A stretch of 64,000 nucleotides of DNA from Candidatus Kerfeldbacteria bacterium. GTDB taxonomy: Bacteria; Patescibacteriota; Patescibacteriia; UBA9570; XYC2-FULL-38-9. The notes beneath the pieces are model-generated. The model made no database searches and was not told where the DNA came from. It was given only the letters and a program-made list of their open reading frames with translations. Every line of letters begins with the position of its first letter. Position 1 is the first letter of the stretch. This document shows, in pieces, positions 57,208 through 64,000 of this stretch. The position numbers and the translations under genes were made by a program. The stretch lies in the NCBI GenBank assembly GCA_043813585.1, contig JBDRKW010000006.1, positions 79,444-143,443 of the forward strand, written 5' to 3'.

Positions 57208-59355
57208 TTACAGCCGGGGGGCCACCGGGTGATCCACGACGTGGATCTGGCGGCGGATGGCGTTGATGTACTCATCGCCTCCCATCACCCAGCCGACCAG
57301 CGGGCCGATGTAGTAATCGACGAGCTGGAGCGAGTGCAGCGCCTTCAGGATCTGCGCGCGCACGACCTGGCCCCGGCAGACTGCGTCGGCCATGGACTTC
57401 TTGTACTTGCCGATGTTGAAGTCACCGTTGAGCTGCTGGCGGCGGCGGTCGAATTCTGCTTCCGCGAGCTGCAGGCGCCGCTGAAGCGCGAACGCGTAGT
57501 CGGGGGGCCTCTCGTCGGCGCCAAACACGCACTTGAACCCGCCGGTCGTGAGCCGCTTCTGGATCAATCGCAAGTACTGATCCTGCTCAAACGCGTCGTA
57601 GTGGCGCATCCAGTCGAGCAGGTCATCCAGCCACTCGTCGATGCGGGGATCGGTACGGTCCCTGGACTTGGCGTTGTTCACCTTTACCAGGAACGACTCT
57701 ACCTCGCGGAGCCGGGACGGCAACACGAGCTTGTCCAGGTTGCCGGACATGTAGAGGTTCCGGACCACCAGCGACCGTTCGCGGCTGCCCTTCGGCAGAG
57801 CGTCGATGTACTCCCAGAACAGCCCCTTGCACGCGGCATCGAGCGTGGCCTGCGCGTCGCCGAGCAGCTCGTTCTTGCGCACGTTGACGCCGGGGATCGC
57901 GGCCTGCGCCAGGTAGTAGCTGTTCACCCAGCGCTCGTGCAGGAATCCGGCAGCCTGGAGCAGCCGAAGCGTCTCGAGATCGCGGTCGGCCTTGTCGTTC
58001 TCCGCGCACGCCATGAGCAGCTGCTCGAGCTTGGTCTTGATGCTCTCCTCGTCCTCCCCGTGGAGGATCTGGTGGAGCTCCGTGCCGGTTGCAATTTCGC
58101 GCTTGAACGCCACCTGCATCTCGACCGGCAATACCAGTTCCTGGTCGCCGAACGCGAGGAGCGCGTTCATGATCTGCTGCTGCCGTCCGTACGTGGTCTC
58201 GGCCACCGGAAAATCGATGCCAGCACTCCACATCCGCCGGATGAAGTCCTTCGCGAGCGCCTCGTAGTGGCACTCGTCCGGGTTGACGAACGTGGTCAGG
58301 TGCAGGATCTGCACCAGGAAGCAGACGGCCTTGGGGATCACCGCGTACTCGCCGCGGAACATCACGTCGAACGCCCGGTAGATGTCGCGGTAAGTCCGAA
58401 CCTGGCCTCCGCCGACCGAGCTGCTCTTACCGTTTTCCAGGACGATGTGCCTGCCGTCACGGCTGAGAAACAGCGTCTCCTTGACCCAGAAGTCGCCGTC
58501 CTCGGCCGGGTGGTGCACCCAGTACGGCAGCTCGCGCTTGCGGACGTCGAGCTGCTTCATGCACGAATCCGGGGCGATCGCCTCGTTGTAGAGCCGCGCC
58601 ACGGTCTCGTAATCGGCCAGGAAGATGTCAAGCAGGCGGTTGCGCGCCTCCGGCTCGAAATCCGAGTTGGCGTGGAACATGCCCACCGTGTCGCAGAGCC
58701 GGGTGTCCTCCGCCGGCTTGTGCATCACGTGCTGGAGCAGCCACATCAGGTAATCCTGGAACGTCAGCTCCTGGCTGCCGAGGATTTTCTCGCGAATCTC
58801 ACTCATGATGAACTTGACCCGCATGACCGCTTCGGTGCGCTTGTCGCCCTGCGGCAGGTACTGCACGTTCTCCATCAGCGTGTCGTGGAGGTGTGTGAAG
58901 TAGATGCCCTGCGGACCGAAGACCTCCGGCCAGTGCGCCAACTTGGCGTTGTAGCCGGAGGCACGCGAGTAAGCGCTGTCCGGCTTGACCACGATACCCC
59001 AGCGCCTGCGCGCTCCGATGACTTCACGCGCTTCGCGATCCATCTTCTTGGGGAAGTAAGGCTTGGTCTCCCGCGGCTCCAGCTGGCCCATCTCGAGGAA
59101 CGCCAGGCCGGAGAGCGTCAACGCCCACCACTGCTCGGTGGTATTGTTCACGAACCGCCGGTCCTGCGTACGGGCGAACAGGTTGCCGTTCATCGCCTTC
59201 ACGTCTTCCGTGGCCGGGACTCCGAACAGAATCTCGGTGGTATGCAGCCACGTCTCCGCTCCGGGAAGCAGGTAATGGAATCCCTCTGCGTGCGTCGCAA
59301 GCTCCTGATTTCCTCCAAACATACGCATAGCGCATCTCCTCATCCGCATAGCCAC
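57208..59355 (-). CDS. Large hypothetical protein (715 aa), GC-rich, no recognised family
   Basis: Diverse amino-acid composition (W/Y/F/K/N present), unlike the Leu/Arg/Val-rich antisense ORF 57067..59622. Local GC is visibly higher than in the flanking genes. No TM and no signal peptide. Confidence 0.55.
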   Translation of the reverse strand: MAMRMRRCAMRMFGGNQELATHAEGFHYLLPGAETWLHTTEILFGVPATEDVKAMNGNLFARTQDRRFVNNTTEQWWALTLSGLAFLEMGQLEPRETKPYFPKKMDREAREVIGARRRWGIVVKPDSAYSRASGYNAKLAHWPEVFGPQGIYFTHLHDTLMENVQYLPQGDKRTEAVMRVKFIMSEIREKILGSQELTFQDYLMWLLQHVMHKPAEDTRLCDTVGMFHANSDFEPEARNRLLDIFLADYETVARLYNEAIAPDSCMKQLDVRKRELPYWVHHPAEDGDFWVKETLFLSRDGRHIVLENGKSSSVGGGQVRTYRDIYRAFDVMFRGEYAVIPKAVCFLVQILHLTTFVNPDECHYEALAKDFIRRMWSAGIDFPVAETTYGRQQQIMNALLAFGDQELVLPVEMQVAFKREIATGTELHQILHGEDEESIKTKLEQLLMACAENDKADRDLETLRLLQAAGFLHERWVNSYYLAQAAIPGVNVRKNELLGDAQATLDAACKGLFWEYIDALPKGSRERSLVVRNLYMSGNLDKLVLPSRLREVESFLVKVNNAKSRDRTDPRIDEWLDDLLDWMRHYDAFEQDQYLRLIQKRLTTGGFKCVFGADERPPDYAFALQRRLQLAEAEFDRRRQQLNGDFNIGKYKKSMADAVCRGQVVRAQILKALHSLQLVDYYIGPLVGWVMGGDEYINAIRRQIHVVDHPVAPRL

Positions 59356-59531
59356 GCCGCGTGGCCAAGATTATGCGCCCCTTGCAGGGAACGCGTTTTC
59401 ATTCTTTCGGTAACTCAGTTGTCAAAGGTCGTCTCGCAAACAAGCATTTTTACTCATCCGAAAGACGTGCAACAGGTCAACAGCCGCGACTGCCGTTACG
59501 ACCTGTCTCACCTCCCTCGGAAATCTGCGAT

Positions 59532-60536
59532 CTATTCGGTCATCGCAGGGATTGCTGCATCGAGCAGCGGTTTCATTCGTTCTATATCTGCAACGCGTGC
59601 GGTATACACCCCGGCGTGGTAACCACGGACCGGCGTATACAACGCTGTCGCCATTGTTTGTCCCATTTTTTGCACTCCCAGAGGCTCCATCTCAATCGGC
59701 CCTGTATCGATGACCACTTTCTTGAACAGCGATTGATCAAGCGCTTCAAACCTTTTCCGCATCGGGTAGTGCATCACATACCGTCCTGCCTGGTAGAGTA
59801 CTGACGGCCCCTGACCGAGGCCATATGGCGTATCAGTCCGGCTCAGCTCCTGGTGCACCGGAAAAACATCGAGGATCACTGTGTATGTCGGCTGCACCCG
59901 ATCCACCACGCCGCGGAGCCCCTCAAAGTTCGCCTCTTCATGCGTATGGAATGCGACCGCTGCTTTGTCAAGCACGGACGGATTCGCGCGAATATATTCC
60001 AACAGCTGATAAACGCCCAGCCGGTTATCGAGCGCGCTTGCAAACACCGCGTTGTCCGTCATCCGGAATTCTTTCTGGAAGGTTCCGATATCGCCGACCC
60101 GCACGCCCATCTTCTCAATCTCTTCTGCAGAATCCGCGCCGACATCGAGAATCACATCCGCGAAGGTCGGCACATCGCTGTCGAGCATCGGCACGGTGGC
60201 AAACCCCTGCGCCATAACTTTTTCGCCGGAAACAGTCTTAATCACCACCGACGTCTCATTGAGCATATGCGGCTTCACCCAGCCAAGGTTGATCACGCCA
60301 AGCGTGCCGTCTTCGTTTACGCTCCGAACCATAAACCCAACTTCATCGCAATGAGCAGCGAGCAACAACGCCGGCTGATCCAACTTGCCGCACAGTACAT
60401 CGCCGTACTTCGTTTCTTCATGCTTCACGCCCATGGAATCCAGTTCGGACTTCACGACCCCCATTACCTCCTCTTCGTCTCCCATCACGCCAAAGGCGCT
60501 GGTGAGTTTCTGCAATAATTTGTTGTTGAGTGACAT
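59532..60536 (-). CDS. M42-family aminopeptidase (FrvX/CelM-like)
   Basis: AHCDEVGF and LDNRLG metal-binding motifs. Start taken at MSLNNK (60536). An upstream Met at 60566 is also possible. Confidence 0.7.
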   Translation of the reverse strand: MSLNNKLLQKLTSAFGVMGDEEEVMGVVKSELDSMGVKHEETKYGDVLCGKLDQPALLLAAHCDEVGFMVRSVNEDGTLGVINLGWVKPHMLNETSVVIKTVSGEKVMAQGFATVPMLDSDVPTFADVILDVGADSAEEIEKMGVRVGDIGTFQKEFRMTDNAVFASALDNRLGVYQLLEYIRANPSVLDKAAVAFHTHEEANFEGLRGVVDRVQPTYTVILDVFPVHQELSRTDTPYGLGQGPSVLYQAGRYVMHYPMRKRFEALDQSLFKKVVIDTGPIEMEPLGVQKMGQTMATALYTPVRGYHAGVYTARVADIERMKPLLDAAIPAMTE

Positions 60537-60870
60537 AGTGATGAATGAATAAATTGATAATTGCATTTGAAAAACCCTTCCGCATGGGAAGGGCCCGTTA
60601 ATTCGAGAGTATTGATCGAATTATTCTACATGAACCTTCCCATAATGATGCTTCTTCCAGAAATAAATAACGAAGAAGCAGCTAATCGCAAACCAGCCAA
60701 TAAGCAGGCTTCCAACTCCGTGATTTGCAATTTGTGCGAAGGTTTCTGACATGTTCGATAATAATTGTGTGAAATCATAGTGTTTTATTGGATATGTGTC
60801 AAACCTCGTGTGTATAACCGAAACCAATAATAGAAAGAATAACTAATCTTAGCACTTTCAACTTCACAAA

Positions 60871-61983
60871 CTATACGAGTACTGAACCGCTTCGCACAAT
60901 AATTTTTTCTGTTCCCTTTGGATATACGAATGAAATTTCCGGTCGTCGCACTACAAGGTCTAAGTGAATTAATGCGCGTTCTCCGTCGTAGCTCGAGCCG
61001 ATCGCAATGTGAGCTGTTCCGCTCGCCTTTTCGTCTTCAAGAATATCCCCCACGATACGTGCGTTTGGATTCACGCCAATCGCAAACTCACCGACCAATC
61101 GCGCGTATTTATAATATTGCTTTGCCACTGAAGCGCTCACCCGCCCATCCATGCGAGTAGCTTGCCGGCGTGCGCGCTGAACCATGTCGGAACAGTTCTT
61201 CGCCTCGGCACACGATTGCTCAATTCGTTGAACATACCCATCTCGAATGTCGATTGCAAATGGCTTGCTTGGACGCAATGTGGTATTGGAATCTACGTGA
61301 AAAAATGAACCGTCTACGACAAACCGTCCGTTTGTCCCGGCTGCTGTCGGCGAAATGAGGACCTCTCCCATTGGAAGGTTCCCTCCGCTTCCGGGAATGT
61401 GCTGCTTCCCATTATAGTCAGCCTTTGGTTTCCTTTTTTTGTCAGCAAGACTCACCGTCAAGTCCGTACCTGCTGCTGAACGAATCCGCACCGCATCCGC
61501 CTTGGTCATTTCACGAACAAGGGCAGTACCAACACGTCGCATTTCTGCATAGTCAACTGATAGCATGCGAATAAAGCGAGGTATGGAATCCACATAAAAC
61601 CAATAGACCCTGGATTTCTTCTGTGCCTTGATAGCGTAATAGATAAAATCCAACCGCTTCCCATCTACCATATACCCCTTCTCTTCTCCAACACGGTCGC
61701 GGCCCATGCGGGAAACATCAGTCAAGATAACGACGTCGGGAGCTGACGCAATTGCCGAACGGACCGTTTCCTCCATATACTCGTTCTCCTTGCGGGCTGT
61801 CTGCTCAATAAGAGATGAGCGGGCAGTGAGCGAGAGGCCTGCCTGATAAAAAGCCTGACTGACGATACGAGAATTCGATTGATCAGAGCCAATAACAAGA
61901 ACCGACTCGCTTGGTTTGAGCTTAATGATACTATTGAAAATGCCTAAAACAGCATGTTGTAACGTTGTTCTTTGTTGTCGCAT
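60871..61983 (-). CDS. Aminopeptidase-like protein (M29/AmpS-type), tentative
   Basis: 370 aa. The length and the C-terminal stretch GVNPNARIVGDILEDEKASGTAHIAIG resemble the thermophilic metalloprotease M29 family. Low certainty. Confidence 0.45.
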   Translation of the reverse strand: MRQQRTTLQHAVLGIFNSIIKLKPSESVLVIGSDQSNSRIVSQAFYQAGLSLTARSSLIEQTARKENEYMEETVRSAIASAPDVVILTDVSRMGRDRVGEEKGYMVDGKRLDFIYYAIKAQKKSRVYWFYVDSIPRFIRMLSVDYAEMRRVGTALVREMTKADAVRIRSAAGTDLTVSLADKKRKPKADYNGKQHIPGSGGNLPMGEVLISPTAAGTNGRFVVDGSFFHVDSNTTLRPSKPFAIDIRDGYVQRIEQSCAEAKNCSDMVQRARRQATRMDGRVSASVAKQYYKYARLVGEFAIGVNPNARIVGDILEDEKASGTAHIAIGSSYDGERALIHLDLVVRRPEISFVYPKGTEKIIVRSGSVLV

Positions 61984-61990
61984 GGCACCA

Positions 61991-62728
61991 TTATGCGCGC
62001 GGCATCACGATTTCGTCAATAAATCGTGAAATGAGACTTGATGCAATTGGCGTTTCGCCTATTGCGTCCTGCCGCTCCTTCAACTCTTCTTCACTGTCGA
62101 AGTAGCTTGCATACCGGAACGCATACATCATGCTCATACGCTGTTCTTCCTGCCCGAGCTCCGCATGAAACTGCACTGCATACATCGGCTTGCCTTTTAT
62201 CCGGAATGCATGGTATTTCACGTTGTCGGAATATGCCAGCGGTATGGCATCCGGCGGAAGCTCAACAATATCATCCGTTCGCCCGGCGTTGGCTTTGAAC
62301 TGAACCGGCATCTCCTGAAAAAGCGGGTCATTTTTCGCTTCGGGATACAGGTGGATATCGATGGTTTCCAGCTCCTTGCGATCGGGCGCATACTCCACGC
62401 GCCCGCCAAGCGCCTGCGCGATAAGATGGGACCCAAAGCAGGAACCATACGTCGGGATATCATGGTCATAACAGTACCGGACGACATTCAAAATGGCATC
62501 CAGGTTTTTCGGCTCTCCGGCCGATACCCTGTTTATATTGGATCCGCCCAGGATCACGGCGTCATATCCGTCGCAAATCTGTGTTGCCACCGGCATGGTC
62601 ATGGCGTCATACGGCGCAAGCTGATTTATGCCCAGTTTGCCATATTTCTGAAAACACCGGGCTTCATGCTTCCCGGAAATATCAATGCGGAACTGCAATA
62701 ATAAAATCTCGAGCGTATTGCGATCCAT
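61991..62728 (-). CDS. Class I glutamine amidotransferase-like protein
   Basis: Start refined to MDRNTLEILLL. Catalytic GSCFGSHL (Cys) and VQFHAE (His/Glu). Confidence 0.7.
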   Translation of the reverse strand: MDRNTLEILLLQFRIDISGKHEARCFQKYGKLGINQLAPYDAMTMPVATQICDGYDAVILGGSNINRVSAGEPKNLDAILNVVRYCYDHDIPTYGSCFGSHLIAQALGGRVEYAPDRKELETIDIHLYPEAKNDPLFQEMPVQFKANAGRTDDIVELPPDAIPLAYSDNVKYHAFRIKGKPMYAVQFHAELGQEEQRMSMMYAFRYASYFDSEEELKERQDAIGETPIASSLISRFIDEIVMPRA

Positions 62729-62739
62729 GCTGTCGCCGT

Positions 62740-62973
62740 TTATGATTCTGATTCCGGATTCGCCTGCGGGAAGGGATCTTTGCCGTCTGCTCTCCGGCCG
62801 GTTCCCTGGCACATCGGACAGCTTCCTGCCGATCCGCGTTTACTCTTCCTGCTCATGACATACCCGCACTTCGAACACATCTTTTTTCCTTCCGGCACGT
62901 CTATGCGCATATCACGAGCAGAAAAAACGTTCGCTGCATCCGGTATTCCCATGCCCCGTCCTCGCCGTCCCAT
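62740..62973 (-). CDS. Small zinc-ribbon protein (CxxC...CxxC), hypothetical
   Basis: 77-aa ORF with CSKCGYV...CPMCQG. Starts 2 nt after the ndk stop. The true start may be internal (MRIDVPEG). Confidence 0.3.
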   Translation of the reverse strand: MGRRGRGMGIPDAANVFSARDMRIDVPEGKKMCSKCGYVMSRKSKRGSAGSCPMCQGTGRRADGKDPFPQANPESES

Positions 62974-62975
62974 CG

Positions 62976-63440
62976 CTATTCCCGTTCGTCTTCAGAATAC
63001 ACCCACTCCGCGTCCATCTTGTTGTATTCGAACAGCTCTTCCTCTTTGAAAAAACGCTTTACCTCAAGCTCCGCATTCTCGACAGAATCAGACGCATGTA
63101 CGATATTGGCCTGCATGCTCATTGAAAAATCGCCGCGAATCGTGCCGCCGTCGGCTGCGCGCCCTTTTGTCTCGCCTGTTATCAAACGGACCGCTTCAAC
63201 CGCTTCCAGGCCCTCCAGCACCATCAGCACCACCGGCGCTGCCTGCATAAAGCCCTTCAAGCCGGCAAAAAACGGCTTGTCCTTGTGATGCGCGTAATGC
63301 TCGTCTATCTTCAGGTCGCTGATCTGCTCCATCTTCAGGCCCACAATCTTCAGGCCTTTGCGTTCAAACCGGGTAATAATCTCGCCAAGCAGGTTTCGCT
63401 GCAGGCAATCCGGCTTCATGATAATGAGTGTTCGTTCCAT
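62976..63440 (-). CDS. ndk: Nucleoside diphosphate kinase
   Basis: Start refined to MERTLIIMKPD. NIVHASDS active-site His region. Confidence 0.9.
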   Translation of the reverse strand: MERTLIIMKPDCLQRNLLGEIITRFERKGLKIVGLKMEQISDLKIDEHYAHHKDKPFFAGLKGFMQAAPVVLMVLEGLEAVEAVRLITGETKGRAADGGTIRGDFSMSMQANIVHASDSVENAELEVKRFFKEEELFEYNKMDAEWVYSEDERE

Positions 63441-63524
63441 ACTGTGTGTACTATTAATTTGTGACAAATCCATTCTATTCATATCAAAAAATGCCCCGAA
63501 GGGCAAATGTTGATGAATTGCAGT

Positions 63525-63908
63525 TTATTTCTTTGCAGCGTCAAGCACTTCCTTCACCTTATCCACGACCTCCTGCGGAGTATGGTTCGCTTTGATGAAA
63601 TAGTCGGTAGCGCCAAGCTCGCGGCCTTTTCGGATATCCTCTTCCTGACCGAGGTTGGTCAGCAGAATCACAGGAATGTCTTTCGTTTTTTCGTTCTTTT
63701 TCAGCTTCTTCAGCGCAACAAAACCGTCCATTTTCGGCATAATAATGTCCAATAAAATAATCTGGGGCGCTGCTTCCTCCGCCACTTTAATTCCCTCTAA
63801 ACCGTTGTACGCCGAATGGATATCATATCCTTCCTTGGTGAATTTCTGCGTATACATTGTGTGGAGCATCTCGTCGTCTTCAACGAGCAGTACCTTGGAT
63901 TTTGCCAT
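63525..63908 (-). CDS. Single-domain response regulator (CheY-like receiver)
   Basis: 127 aa. VLLVEDDE, phospho-acceptor LLDIIMPKMDG, and the T/K positions (LLTNLG, ATDYFIK). Confidence 0.85.
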   Translation of the reverse strand: MAKSKVLLVEDDEMLHTMYTQKFTKEGYDIHSAYNGLEGIKVAEEAAPQIILLDIIMPKMDGFVALKKLKKNEKTKDIPVILLTNLGQEEDIRKGRELGATDYFIKANHTPQEVVDKVKEVLDAAKK

Positions 63909-64000
63909 AGTGGTAAAACGTTCTTTATTACGAAACTTCTATCAGTACGTATTATAGCATAATGTTTGCAGGATGTCTACAATCCTACACTGCAAGTGAT

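Noticed and set aside
57067-59622. 851-aa plus-strand ORF
   Set aside because: Leu/Arg/Val/Ala/His-rich low-complexity translation typical of the antisense of a GC-rich gene. The opposite-strand 715-aa ORF has a normal composition.
1-64000. CRISPR arrays, IS elements/transposases, integrases
   Set aside because: No regularly spaced direct repeats and no transposase- or integrase-like ORFs were seen anywhere in the window. The only mobile-type element is the DGR.

Overview
This 64 kb window is a housekeeping-dense bacterial chromosome segment almost entirely coded on the minus strand. Four traits are consistent with, but do not prove, a reduced-genome Patescibacteria/CPR-like organism: there is no L30 gene between rpsE and rplO, the AspRS is a short archaeal-type enzyme, several ribosomal proteins carry extensions, and a diversity-generating retroelement is present.

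Main blocks, in window order:
- rluB(partial)-scpB-scpA, then aspS and a cold-shock gene.
- A glycan island (GH130 plus a GT4 fusion protein) bounded by tRNA-Asn and a degenerate copy of its 3' half.
- asnS and a Ca-type P-type ATPase.
- tRNA-Lys, a 607-aa hyper-charged protein, and dnaB-ybaB-recR.
- rplU, a Memo-like protein, and an ECF sigma factor coupled to a 1722-aa thioester-less alpha-2-macroglobulin-like membrane protein.
- A GT4 phosphotransferase, ruvX, and map-adk-secY followed by the ribosomal-protein cluster (L15 through S10) and tuf.
- fusA-rpsG-rpsL, site-2 protease, rpmB, SOD, GDH, a PaaK-like ligase, tRNA-Gly, a GC-rich 715-aa orphan, M42 and M29 peptidases, GATase, ndk and a CheY-like receiver.

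The standout system is a complete diversity-generating retroelement wedged between fusA and tuf inside the str operon. It has a DGR-type reverse transcriptase (LGxxxSQ motif), a divergently oriented Avd, a 125-bp template repeat, and a variable repeat at the 3' end of an FGE/C-type-lectin-like target gene. TR and VR differ at 15 positions, and every one is an adenine in the TR sense strand.

Other items worth a second look:
- the ECF sigma / A2M-like putative anti-sigma pair;
- the tRNA-Asn-fragment-flanked island;
- a frameshifted small membrane ORF at a T7 run;
- secreted repeat proteins;
- a candidate structured RNA in a 480-nt gap.
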